From Octopus bimaculoides (taxonomy: Eukaryota): a DNA stretch of 56,316 nucleotides. The notes under the pieces were generated by a model that ran no database searches, was not told the origin of the DNA, and saw only the letters and a program-made list of their open reading frames with translations. Location of the stretch: positions 15,786,220 through 15,842,535 of the forward strand of contig NC_068995.1 of NCBI RefSeq assembly GCF_001194135.2, written 5' to 3'. Of the stretch, positions 13,056 through 25,584 are shown piece after piece (position 1 is the stretch's first letter; every line of letters starts with the position of its first letter). The translations under genes and the position numbers were made by a program.

Positions 13056-13632
13056 TAAGAAAACTGCTTATTAATTAGGTACATAACAGTTACTAAAAGA
13101 AAGCAATTATTAAAGGATTGACTGTTTGGAAATTTTTTTAATAAATTCATCTTCCAAGAAATTTCCTGTAATTTCGATTTCTGGAGTTTATTGATTATTT
13201 GAACTTCAAGTTTTTCACAAATTTACAGATTCGTTGCAGTCAAGATATTCTGTTTTCATTCGCAACAGTCTCACACTCTTTGTCACGTCTATTTTCATTA
13301 ATGATAATTTCATATATACTCATTTCAATGTTTTCATTTCAAGTCTTAACTCGCAAAACCGACAGCTTATTCTATATACGCAATGGAAAACAATTATCGA
13401 TTGAATGAATGCTATTAGACAAAATAGCTGTATAACTTTGAGGCTTTCATGATATAGTACACATGTATATTTTTTTAAAAAGAAACATTAAGAAATTTTT
13501 TTATTGGTATGGCTGTCTGGAACGCTATAAGCCTAACAATAATGGCTATGAGATCGCTGTTATTTCTAGCACGCTAAACGCGCTAGAGTTACCTTGAAAT
13601 TACTCTAAGTGACAGATATATTGCAACTACGA

Positions 13633-14006
13633 TGGAGGCGCAATGGCCCAGTGGTTAGGGCAGCGGACTCGCGGTCATAGGATCGCGGTTTCGATTCCCA
13701 GATCGGGCGTTGTGAGTGTTTATTGAACGAAAACACCTAAAGCTCCACGAGGCTCCGGCAGGCGATGGTGACGAACCCTGCTGTTCTCTTTCTCTCACTC
13801 TTACTTCCTGTTTCTGTTGTGCCTATAATTCAAAGGGTCAGCCTTGTCACACTGTATCACGCTGAATATCCCCGAGAACTACGTTAAGAGTACACGTGTC
13901 TGTGGAGTGCTCAGCCACTTGCACGTTAATTTCACAAGCAGGCTGTTGCGTTGATCGGATCAACTGAAACCCTCGACGTCGTAAGCGACGGAGTGCCAAC
14001 AACAAC
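13633..14006 (+). mobile_element. SINE family C, full length with TSD
   Basis: tRNA-like head (tggcccagtggttagg ... ggtttcgattccc), (caa)n tail, 15-bp TSD atatt(g/a)caactacga at 13618-13632 and 14007-14021. Confidence 0.9.
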
Positions 14007-14055
14007 ATATTACAACTACGACAAATTACTGAAAGAAACATTAACAAAGCAAGTG

Positions 14056-14312
14056 ATATTTTTTTTTGAATTGAAGTTTTCAGGATAATTTATTTTTCTG
14101 AACTTCATTTTATAATTGAATATTTCAAGTTTACAAATTTAAATATTCGGTACAAGATAGTTTAGCATTCTTTTGCTTGAACCCGCACACTTTGTTAATT
14201 TCCGTAAAAAGTTCTTCATCTACTTTTTGCGCACCGTGCTCAGGTCTATGCATCTGTAATCAGTCACACATACACACGTGTGTTTTTGTATGTACGTTTG
14301 TATATATCCACG

Positions 14313-14346
<34 letters not shown>

Positions 14347-14571
14347 TGAGAGAGAGAGATATAGTGAGAGACTAAATGGGTGTGTTGTCATGTATTACAT
14401 ACATAAATACATATGCGTACATCTTTTTTGTATGCGTGTGTGCGTGTGTGTGTGTGAGACAAAGATAGAGTGATGTCTAAGTGGCACTCTCTCTCTCTCT
14501 CTCACGCACACACACATACATAGAAGAAAGTGGATGCATATTTATTTACGTACGTATACATGAAAACACAC

Positions 14572-14638
<67 letters not shown>

Positions 14639-14886
14639 TGTTCATTTCACATACACATACATCATACATCTTTGACTTTCTACCCTCTTTCACTTTAAAA
14701 CAAAAGTAACATTTTTTTATAAATTGAAGTTTCCAGGAACATTTACTTTCTGAACTTCCTTTTATTATTGATTATTTCAAGTTCACAAATTTAGATATTC
14801 GGTACAAGATAGTTTTTAACGAGCTTTTATTTATACGAGTTTTTCTTTCCATGTTGAATTCATTCATTGTTTGCAATGTTCTCTCT

Positions 14887-14955
<69 letters not shown>
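14056..14955 (+). repeat. Degenerate local tandem duplication (about 650-bp period)
   Basis: ttgaagttt.cagg...ctgaacttc...aaattt..atattcggtacaagatagttt at about 14065-14165 and 14720-14815; weaker copy near 13130-13250; ttgcaatgttctctctc at about 12718 and 14872. Confidence 0.7.
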
Positions 14956-15386
14956 NNNNNNNNNNNNNNNNNNNNNNNNNNNNNNNNNNNNNNNNNNNNN
15001 NNNNNNNNNNNNNNNNNNNNNNNNNNNNNNNNNNNNNNNNNNNNNNNNNNNNNNNNNNNNNNNNNNNNNNNNNNNNNNNNNNNNNNNNNNNNNNNNNNNN
15101 NNNNNNNNNNNNNNNNNNNNNNNNNNNNNNNNNNNNNNNNNNNNNNNNNNNNNNNNNNNNNNNNNNNNNNNNNNNNNNNNNNNNNNNNNNNNNNNNNNNN
15201 NNNNNNNNNNNNNNNNNNNNNNNNNNNNNNNNNNNNNNNNNNNNNNNNNNNNNNNNNNNNNNNNNNNNNNNNNNNNNNNNNNNNNNNNNNNNNNNNNNNN
15301 NNNNNNNNNNNNNNNNNNNNNNNNNNNNNNNNNNNNNNNNNNNNNNNNNNNNNNNNNNNNNNNNNNNNNNNNNNNNNNNNNNNNNN
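14956..15386. other. Assembly gap
   Basis: N-run. Confidence 1.
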
Positions 15387-15434
<48 letters not shown>

Positions 15435-15439
15435 GGTAA

Positions 15440-16140
15440 TATATGGAATCCTCATAGTCACGGGATGCTGGCATGAGCGAGCACCATACTGCGCTAAGAC
15501 TTCCACAGAGTGACGCAAACTCCAAGTTCCACCCTGACCTCCTCGTGGTACCGCCTGGATATAAACCAATAGGAGAGGATGACTGTGAGTGTCTGGTGCA
15601 GTATAACCAGGCCACTCCGAGTAGATGGGGCTCGTTAGCCATGATCACAGCCTGTCTAGGAGGACACTCTGGTATAAAACCTATGACCCGAGGACCTCTC
15701 TGTCATCGTCCCAGCTTGCTAGGCTACAGCAGATACACCCCGAGTGTAACGGGTGGGACCCAGTTCTGTGTAGACGCCACTGCACTTTAAAACTCTATCC
15801 CGTAGGCCGAAGGACCTGCTCACTTTCACGACCACGACCACAACTCCCCAAGCCCTGTAAAAATGGGAAGGGGAAGAAAACAGTTGGTGGAAGATGTCAC
15901 AGGAAGCCGCAGCTTTCAAACTGCATGCAGTCGGTTCGAGGCATTGGTTCCCTGGTGTTGACCCGGAGACAACAACATCACTTGGCAGCATTTCGAACGA
16001 CCAAGAAGTGAGAGCACTGCTTGATTTACATGGAGAGCGGCCTAGAAAAGGTAGCCTGAAGAAAGCACCTCTCCTACGCACACAGTTGGTAAACCGCGGC
16101 CAACGGGCACACTCACGTGGTCGAACACAAGTACAAAAAA
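15440..16140 (+). mobile_element. GC-rich decayed non-LTR retrotransposon 3' fragment(s)
   Basis: ITACLGGH resembles the ARLRSGH C-terminal motif of I/ingi-group elements; GRGRKQLVEDV...TACSR resembles RTE C-terminal GRPxxxWxDxV...AxDR; clade not resolved. Confidence 0.4.
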
Positions 16141-16501
16141 TAGAAAGATTTCGTATCTAGGTATCCACACGAACATAGACCTTTCACAAACAAAAAAATC
16201 ACACCGTCCAGCATATATACACTTCCAATCTCAAAACCTCTCGAACGTCTGTATCCCTTCCTTCTTACACGCACATATACAGGTCACTCTTCACTTATAC
16301 ACAGAGACACACATATACACTACCCCTCAACAATCATTTCTGTTACTCTGATATACACTCACAGTAATGTGTTCACCTATTCACACACACTGTACTTACT
16401 CTCAGGCACTGTCCAACACAGATTCCGCCATTCAGTCATTTCAGAAAAATAGTTAAATGATTAGTTAGAAAATCTCTATAAGAGATGAATGTAGTAACTA
16501 T

Positions 16502-16880
16502 ACTGAGCAGTGACGTTTATCGCCACTTCAATATGACTGTTCCGAAGGAACCGACGTTACTACCCCAGGATGATTTTCATCCAGTTGGTTATCAATGCAA
16601 TCTGGACCCGATATGTATTGCAGCCCGGGGAGCAAACCACTACCATCTTCTAGCTGACGACGGGCCCACCAGACCGTACGGTTTTGAGCTATTTGTGCCT
16701 ATTCTCAGTGGTGGATATCAATCCATAATAAGCGTTCGCTCCCTTGCTTGCAATATATATCGGGTGCAGATTGCATCGCTAACCAGCAGGAGGTGGCTCC
16801 TTCTTGGGGTTTAAAGCGGTTGTAACGTCGGTTCCTACAGAACAGCCATATTGAAATGGCGATAAACATTACTTCTCAGT
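16502..16880. mobile_element. MITE with about 65-bp TIRs and a second internal IR
   Basis: actgagcagtgacgtttatcgccacttcaatatgactgttccgaaggaaccgacgttac pairs with gtaacgtcggttcctacagaacagccatattgaaatggcgataaacattacttctcagt; inner atgcaatctggacccgatatgtattgca pairs with tgcaatatatatcgggtgcagattgcat. Confidence 0.8.
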
Positions 16881-17589
16881 TGCAAGATTATTTCCTTTTA
16901 ATATTCTTCAACTGCTATGCGAAGTCAATTCACACTTTAAATAAAGGTAATCTATCAGAAGATAGCAATGTGCCCTATGAAAGTAGATGATGGTAAAAAC
17001 TTATGTGTATTTTGAAATATTATCTGTTTCCTTTATTTCAACACCGTTTTATACTCATATATTTTATTCTTTCTTGTCTCTATACCTATATTGCAATAAA
17101 GCAAAGTATCATTCGTTGCAGGCATAAAGCAACGGACCATATCCATATTGATAAATGCAATGCACAAAACTCTTGGACTTGAGTCACTTATGTAGATTTA
17201 CAGCTCTATAAAACACATGTATCTAAGATACATTCACACACACAAACACACATCTATCTATCTATCTATCTATCTATCTATATGTCTGTCTGTCTGTCTG
17301 TCTGTTTTTTCTGTCGTATTTTGTTTTGATGTTAATTCGTTTTACGTTTATTTTTTTTCCCCTTATTTTTTTTCTGATAGGTTGTCTTGTTTTTTTTTTT
17401 GTGTGTCAACCATATGGTTGATATTCTTAAAAATGTATACCAAAGACTGTATTTTTCGTCTGTTTTTAACATTTATTCAAATTTCAAGTGCTGAGGAAGT
17501 GCTGGCTATTTAATGTTTGAAAGTATATTGCTTTGAATTCAGGACGTAAAGACGAATACAGCTAAGCATTTTGCGAGGCGTGCTGACCA

Positions 17590-17673
17590 CTCTGCTCGCT
17601 CACCGCCGCCATAGCAGCAACAGCAATATCAACAATAACAACGACAACGGCAACAACAACAACTATAATAATA

Positions 17674-17711
<38 letters not shown>

Positions 17712-17771
17712 TAGTAGTAGTAGTAGTATCATCATCATCATCAGCAGCAGCAACAGTAGTAGTAGTAGTAA

Positions 17772-17807
<36 letters not shown>

Positions 17808-17808
17808 A
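17590..17808. repeat. Compound trinucleotide microsatellite
   Basis: (GCA)(ACA)(ATA)(GTA)(ATC)(GCA)(GTA) blocks. Confidence 0.95.
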
Positions 17809-18593
17809 GGAAGGAATCTAGAAAAACAAGAATAGCATGCGTTTGAAACCTAATTCGATCGATTCGAGTTAACATTTGTCAGTTTTCAGTTCTACGGATG
17901 TTTAATTTCAGTTGATTATCTATGATTACATTTCAATCATTAATTAATATCATTACCCAGATTTATTTATCACATGTAAATTGACACACCCGTTACTTCG
18001 GAGAGCGGCCATTTGTTTATTTATTTATGTATTTATTTATGTATTTATTTAATGTTTATTTTGTTGTTTTTATTTCAGAGATGATTAGCGATATTGCATT
18101 ACATTCATATAATATTCCATACATGGGAACAGCAACATCGGTACAAACGCCGACGAAAATTTTAATAGAAACACGAGCCGCCCAATTACATTGCTTCGCA
18201 TGCATGCACTCAGTCATATTTATACACGCTCATATGGAAAGAAAAAGAGAAATCGAATTGAGAGAAACCTTGATTTACAATGTGTCCATCAGCCCATAAT
18301 CAACTCACTACAAATTTAAGGCACCGTATTTTCATCTTCAGTTAGTAAAGATATTCTCTCTATATAGTTCGAAAGACATCATGAAAGACGTTAAAATATA
18401 CTACACTAGTCATGGATCTGTAGTCTTAGGTGCAATCGAAAAAGCCGACTGCCTACATCCTCGAATGTGTTTGTATAAACCTGAGACTCTAACCCATATT
18501 CAAGGATAATTTTTATTTTATTTTCATCTGAAATTTTAAATTTTTAACCGTGATTTATATTTTCCCAGCGTTACGCAAAATCTAGCGAATTCA

Positions 18594-19255
18594 CGTGGCT
18601 GTGTGGTAAGCCGTTTGCTTCCCAACCACATAATTCCGAGTTCAGTCTCACTACGTGGCATCTTGGGCAGGTGTTTCTACTATAACTTCGAGTAAGTGGA
18701 TTTGGTAGACAGCAACTGAAAAGAAGCTGTTTAGTTACGTATTGAGGAGTGGTTGTAATTTATTTATTGAATTTATTTATCGATACTGTTGTACATAGGG
18801 TAAATGTGTTCAAAAGTTGTGGTTTCTTTGGCTTGTTCCTAAACAACACCTATTTTAGTGCTGTTGACACCACCGGATTGAATGGTACTGCCCAGGTGTC
18901 GAAACCATAATGATATCCGTACGGCAGCTGATGTTGGATTGTTGGTATATCTGTTTTTGTATATGTGGAATAGCATTATTGGTTGTTGGTATGGATGTGG
19001 AATAGTATAATAACCCATCCTTTTGATATATGTGTGTGTGTGTGTATGGTGTCTGTGTCTGTGCTTGCCCACCACCACCGCTTGACAACTTTACGTCCCC
19101 GTAACTTACCGGCTCGACAAAATTGACCGACAGAATATGCCGCAGTCTTAAAAACTGAAATAAGTATTGGGGTCGATTCGTGTGACAAAAATTCTGCAAG
19201 GTGATGCCCCTTCATGGCCACTGGCTAATGACTCAACCAAGTAAATGGTAAAAGG
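18594..19255 (+). mobile_element. SINE family A interrupted by a roughly 290-bp insert
   Basis: 5' half 18594-18730, 3' half about 19025-19255, unrelated sequence between. Confidence 0.75.
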
Positions 19256-19276
19256 CAAAGGAGTTTTCCTTTCATT

Positions 19277-19337
<61 letters not shown>

Positions 19338-19594
19338 TTCTCTCTCTCATGTGAACTCTTGTGTTCTTTCTTGTGTTCTTTCTTGTTTGAGCTGAGTTCT
19401 AAGCAGTGTTCTTTATTATTTCTCGATCAACTTTTTTCATTCTTGGGCTTTGCCACCTGAATGATTGCATGAAATGTGTAGCGCCGGACTGAGACAGAAT
19501 CGCAAGCTCCCTCAGAACTTTCCCCTGTGTACAAGTCAATGAAACATACATGCATACATACATATATACATGCATAAAACAATTACCAAGTTAA

Positions 19595-19900
19595 AACACT
19601 ATTGGCCAGATAACGTTGTGTGGGCCACAAAGGAAAGATATGTTCTGATTTGAAATTTCAGCTCAAGAGAAAGAGAACATCTATGAATAATTGATAAGTA
19701 GTTTGAAAATCCAGCATCCGGAATACACTTTTAGCTTCATATCTATTATTACTGGTGCAATAGGATACATACAAACCCGTCTGGGGCAAAGTATGGCTGA
19801 ATTTGGGATCTTGGGGAGAAAATGCAAATCCTTCATTCATATGCTACAAATGATCACGATATCGGTGACTTAAAAAATTTGCAAGGCCATTTTAAGATTT
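19595..19900 (+). mobile_element. 3' end of an REL-endonuclease LINE (R2/R4/NeSL-type), decayed
   Basis: PDNVVW...; EKENIYE*LISSLKIQHPEYTFSFISIITGAIGYIQ...LQMITISVT*KICKAILRF fits PD..D plus EK..KY..L and IxxGAxG C-terminal motifs. Confidence 0.6.
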
Positions 19901-20621
19901 AAGGGATAATGATTAAAAGAAGATACTTCGCCTCACATCCTTTCTACGAAGTAGGAGGTCGGTCAAAATTTACTCTGAAATTAAACAGAGAAAGATAACA
20001 TACATACATGTTTACTTAAATATACGCATGCATACATACATGAATACTACATACATATACATATACACATATGTATCCCTTTCAAGAAGATAGTGGACAA
20101 GCAAGGAAATGGTCAATCTTTGTCATTTAATAAAATTATTATCTCTAAACGCTTAATTTCATTCTTGTTTCGTTTAACATTTTCTTCCTAATAATCTGAC
20201 TGTGAAGATAGAATTGTATTTTAAAGTTAACCGGATATGGGTTTATTTTTTGTTTTTTCATTTTGTATTTTGGTTATACTTTCGGTTTGTCGCCATTTTA
20301 TCTAGGGGTTTAATTTTTTCTGCAAGTTGTTGGAAAATAGCTCTGTGCTTTGGGTTTTCCTATTCTCTGTAGAGTGAAATAACAGTCGGATTTATCGAAG
20401 TAATTTTTCAAAATAATCACCAGAAGAAACACATCTTACACCTTGGATGGATGGTAGCGATTAGGCAATTGGTGATTATATCATTGCACCAAGGTAATAC
20501 GAGTGTGAGGATGAGTGAAAACAAATGTAGTGATATGAAATAAAGAATGACGTTCAATCTGCTTTCCCTAAACACTATCTCTTTGAATGTGTGTGTATGT
20601 GTGTGTGTATGTGTGTTTGTG

Positions 20622-20685
<64 letters not shown>

Positions 20686-20695
20686 CAGAGAGAGA

Positions 20696-20729
<34 letters not shown>

Positions 20730-21310
20730 CATACATACACATATATATCTACACATGTATATACACACATATACTCATATATATTTTATATATACATATA
20801 TGAATATATGTATATACTTTTGGTGTAAATTTCTGGCACAAGGCCAGGATTATATTATTACATTAGTGTATATGTGAGTGTGCATGTATGTATGTATGTA
20901 TGTATGTATGTATGTATGTATGTATGTATGTATTGAAAGATAGATAAATAGCCAAAAAATCATGCAAATAAAACGAGTAAGATTATGGGGTAAGGAATAG
21001 ATAAACAGAATGATATATGACGTTTGAAAAGTAAGACATGTGGTGGAAAAAATTACGTAGAAATATGTAAGTAAATAATAACAACGAAAAGAACGTCTAC
21101 AATGAAAATAAATATGCCAAATAAAAGGAATAGAAGAGGATGTAATGTTCCGGATTATATTAATATCAAAAACAAGTAATAGTAGTAATATATGTATGGG
21201 AAAAGTAAACAGAAATGATATTGCCAACTGTTTACATTGCAGGCTTGAAATATACATATTTTTCTGCGTGCACGCATGCGTGCTTGAATGTTTATATACA
21301 TGCATCTAAC

Positions 21311-21351
<41 letters not shown>

Positions 21352-21654
21352 CAGGTGCGCGCGCGCACACAAACAAACACATGTGAATATGAACCTTCCT
21401 GTGTGCCTTTCTATGGAAGAGCGTAGGCTCGAACTGTTAAAGACATTTTCACTTGCCGAGCGTTATACTAAGGGCAACAACTGCAGCAATGGGGAAGGGG
21501 ACGGGGCTGAGGGAAGTGTCATAGTGTAACTAAGAACAATGACACACACACACACTCACACACACACAAATACAGACGCAAACACATGAACAGGTAAAGA
21601 TACACATCATACAAGAACAAAATGGACTAAGCGGAGCAAGAGCATGCATGGAAA

Positions 21655-21700
21655 GTGTCGCTGAAGAGGTCACAGTTTCGTGACGAAAGATTTCCGGACA
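21655..21700 (+). ncRNA. Minimal type I hammerhead-ribozyme-like motif
   Basis: CUGAAGA (21661-21667), stem II GUCAC/GUGAC, GAAA (21685-21688), near-palindromic stem III AGAUUU, C17 at 21694, stem I UGUCG/CG(G)ACA. Confidence 0.55.
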
Positions 21701-21719
21701 GTGGACATGAGTTAAAATA

Positions 21720-21975
21720 ATAAAATAAGAACGGTAATAAACGAATGAAGAACGAATATATTAAGCGTTTGTTTATTTGACAAAAGAAAAAAATGATCAA
21801 CCCTAGATAGGATATATAACTTAAGTTCCCCCAAGGAGCAATTGTGACAGTCTATAACATGTTGATAGAAGATGGAGTTGGTTTTTTTCTCAATGTAGCT
21901 ATCTAGGTGTTCTTTGAACCTCCTAGATGTCTCACCAGTGTTGGACTTTGGGAGAACCACGCAAGTCCCTTTCAA
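21720..21975 (-). mobile_element. Penelope-like GIY-YIG endonuclease C-terminal fragment
   Basis: GETSRRFKEHL....NSIFYQHV...HN...NKQTLN matches PLE YIGETxR...RFKEH...S...H and the KPxLN end. Confidence 0.65.
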
Positions 21976-22055
21976 ATACTTAATCTGGTATACATACTTA
22001 AAAATTAATTTTACTGATATGGTGGTTTTTTTAAACGCTAGTCACTGAAAATCCT

Positions 22056-22104
<49 letters not shown>

Positions 22105-22554
22105 TGTGTGTGTATGTGTGTGTGTGCGTGTATGTGTGTACGCAGAGACAAACATACACAGATGCACATATATACATATATAAGTTTGGGTATATATAGA
22201 AGTACAATGTCTATGCATATGCATGTGTCTATTGGGTCATCCCATAAATCATGCTGTTTTTTAATACTTCATTTATTTTTCAAAAATTAAGATAAAGAAA
22301 GTTCTTTTTTAATCAAAAATATATTCTCCATGTTCTACAATGCTCCTCCTTTTATGTGGTAGACTTGCAAGGCGCCTCATTTGTCCGTCAGGAAAAATAC
22401 TCCTCTAATATTTTTCTGACCTCGTCTACCGAATTCATATTTTACCGTCCAAAGGATTTTGATGACTGCAGAATAAATGGTAATCAGATGGGAAAATGTC
22501 CGGCGAATATGGTGGGTGCAAACCCAAGTGGAACAATGCGGCAGGGAACGTAGT

Positions 22555-22772
22555 GATCCTTTCTACTATAGGCACAAGACCTGAAATTTTGCGGGAAGGG
22601 TTTAGTCAATTACATCGACCCTAGTGCGTAACTGGTGCTTATGTTCTCAATCCCGAAAGGATGAAAGACAAAGTCGACCCCGGTGGAGTTTGAACTCAGA
22701 ACGTAAGGACGGACGAAATGCTGTTAAACATTTTAGCCGGCGTGCTAACGATTCTGCCAGCTCACCGCCTTA
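22555..22772 (-). mobile_element. SINE family B, full length
   Basis: Reverse complement of the full family B pattern ending ctgccagctcaccgcc. Confidence 0.9.
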
Positions 22773-23582
22773 GGAAATGTAATAATAGTTACACTCGCTC
22801 CCAACATCACTCAAAAAGCCTGGGCCGACCTGAAAGAAGGGTAAATACACTTGTCTTTCAAGATGTCACGCAATAGAATCGAACCCCAAAGATGTGGTTA
22901 CAAAACAGTTCCTCTCAACCACTAAGCCATTCCACCATACATATGTCCATAGGAAGCTACGAAGGAAACGTAATAATAGTCACAGAAACAAAGAAATGAA
23001 ACATAGAGTGATTTGGTTTTGGCTTCTCGGTATGTATCCATGACGATAATCGAGAAATTGCCAATCTATTGTGAGAAAATCTCCACTGGATATCAACTCT
23101 AGAATAAATTAATGAATTGGCTTCTAGCCAAATCCAAATAAAGCCAGCAGCAATAGGATTTATAATCCATTAACTATGATATTTAAATTTAGTTGATGAA
23201 AAGATATGTCTCTTTCAATATTACTGATTAAAAAAACTACGTTCTTTCCTGACACGTTGCAATAGATTACGTTACTCTGTTGCTAGTGTCAATCATTAGA
23301 TTGCGACCACGCTGGGGTATTGCGTCACGAAGGTTTCTATTTCGTTTTTTATCTTTGATGTCGATTACATCAAACCTGATAATTAGACTTCTGTCTATTT
23401 TATCAATCTGTATGTATATTCACAGAGAGGGAGGGGGAGAGTGAGGGGGAGAGGGAGGGAGAGAGAGAGAGTGAGTGAAAGACTTTTCTCGTTGTAAAAG
23501 GATATAACTAAATACCTAATTACCACAAGGTACTTATTTTTTATTCACCGACTTACACAAACACACACATGCACACAAACAT

Positions 23583-23619
<37 letters not shown>

Positions 23620-23622
<3 letters not shown>

Positions 23623-23765
23623 ATAGACAAGGAACTTCCATATAGTCTCTGTAAAACAGGTTCTCTTCTCAAGACATTAGACAACCCAAGATTAACGTAG
23701 AAAACACTTGTTCAAGTTTCCATGCACCAGGTCGTTGCAAATCGGCTTTTTAACCACACAGACTT
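23620..23765 (-). mobile_element. Old SINE family A 5' fragment
   Basis: gtagaaaacacttgttcaag...taaccacacagac; a similar fragment lies at about 22845-22935. Confidence 0.45.
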
Positions 23766-24287
23766 AAGCGGAGAATTATCAGTTTCAAGCAGTGTATGAT
23801 ATATCATTGCATAATATATTATTTCTCTCTGTTCTTTCTAATAAAATGTCAATTTCTTGTCTTCTGCTTATATGTTCTTATTATTAGGAATATTGTTTCA
23901 GACAAGTATAATACTTCTTCAGGTTCGCTATTGGCAATAACATTACTTAATTCACAAACCAGGCCTTTTTTAAAATGCAGTTTGGTATATAAATATGCAT
24001 AAAATAGCGTTTGGATTTGTTGTAATGCCCGAACATCTAGAAGATAGTTTGAGAATTTTTAATGAATGAATCGTGGCGGAAAAATACCCCACCGTGATCC
24101 TCTTTGTGTTTTTTCAGGTCGTGTGTAAAGGAACAAGGCATAATCAGATATTAGACCTGGTTCTAACACTTGTAACAGAATGAGCTCCGCTAAAAGTACC
24201 CGAGCGGGTACTTTTGAATCGGGAAACGGTTTAAGTGTAACATGCAGTGAAATCAATCACACAATGTTATCTAACATTTTCTTTTTC

Positions 24288-24673
24288 TTTTACTCTTTTA
24301 CTTGTTTCAGTCATTTGACTGTAGCCATGCTGGAGTACCGCCTTTAGTCGAGCAAATCGACCCCAGGACGTATTCTTTGTAAGCCTAGTACTTATTCTGT
24401 CGTTGCCTTTTGCCGAACCACTAAGTTACGGTGACATACACATCAGCGTCGGTTGTCAAGCGATGTTGGGGGGACAAACATTTACACACACATACATATA
24501 TATATACACATATATACGACGGGCTTCTTTCAGTTTCCGTCTTCCAAATCCACTCACAAGGCTTTGGTCGACCCGAGGCTATAGTAGAAGACACTTGGCC
24601 ATGGTGCTACGCAGTGGGACTGAACCTGGAACCATGTGGTTGGTAAGCAAGCTACTTACTACAGAGTCACTCC
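24288..24673 (-). mobile_element. SINE family A, full length
   Basis: ttttacttgtttcagtcatttgactg...gggactgaacctggaaccatgtggttgg. Confidence 0.9.
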
Positions 24674-25127
24674 TACGCCTTTGTTAATATTTAGATCGGT
24701 AAAGCTTAAGATTTCTATCTTTATGTTGTTTTATCAATTATTTAAAAAATTGGTATAAATCAATATATTTCTAAGGGATGGATATTATCTGTTCAAAATG
24801 AAACCAAGAATTTATTGGTATTATTTTGTTTTGCTTTTGTTGTTGTTTGTTGAGAACAATCAGCTCTGACTAAACGTGTTTCAATTCTCATTATCCAACA
24901 TATTTGTTTTCTATTTTGAGGAAACGGTGTTGTTGGAGGGAGAATTCTTTGATAAGCTAGTCGAATGAGAGTATAAGAGTCCCCTTGTTTTATTGACTCC
25001 CAGAACTATTTAAGACAAAGTCAATTCTGATGAGAAAGGATCTCTGCGCGTAAGGAATATAAATATTGTTAATATTCTCACTAGCGCTTTATCATTTCTA
25101 CTACAAATATATTTTTGAAATTATTTT

Positions 25128-25330
25128 ATACTTTTACTTGTTTCAGACATTTGACTGTGGCTATGCTGGAGCACCACCTTTAGTCGAACAAATCGACACC
25201 AGGACTTATTCTTTGCAAGCCTAGTACTTATTCTATCGGTCTATTTTGCCGAACCGCTAAGTTACGGAGACGTAAACACACCAACATCCGTTGTCAAGCG
25301 ATGTTGTTGTTGGTGGTGGTGGGGACAAAC

Positions 25331-25392
<62 letters not shown>

Positions 25393-25556
25393 AGACGGGC
25401 TTCTTTCAGTTTTTGTCTGTCAAATCCACTCAAAAGGCTTTGGTCAGCCCTAGGCTATAGTAGAAGACACCTAGCCAAGGTGTCACGCAGTGGGACTGAA
25501 CCTGGAACCATGTGACTAGAAAACAAGCTTCTTACCACAAGCTTCTTATCACACTG
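25128..25556 (-). mobile_element. SINE family A, full length, internal (CA)n
   Basis: Same structure as 24288-24673 with an expanded dinucleotide tract. Confidence 0.9.
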
Positions 25557-25584
25557 CGCCTATATCTGTGTTTTGATTGAGAAT

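Noticed and set aside
13633-13710. tRNA gene
   Set aside because: The A/B boxes belong to a SINE head that continues into the SINE body; no complete cloverleaf. The same applies to other SINE heads.
15473-16160. Cluster of overlapping 88-128 aa ORFs as a host gene
   Set aside because: Explained by locally higher GC in a retrotransposon relic; motifs are split across frames.
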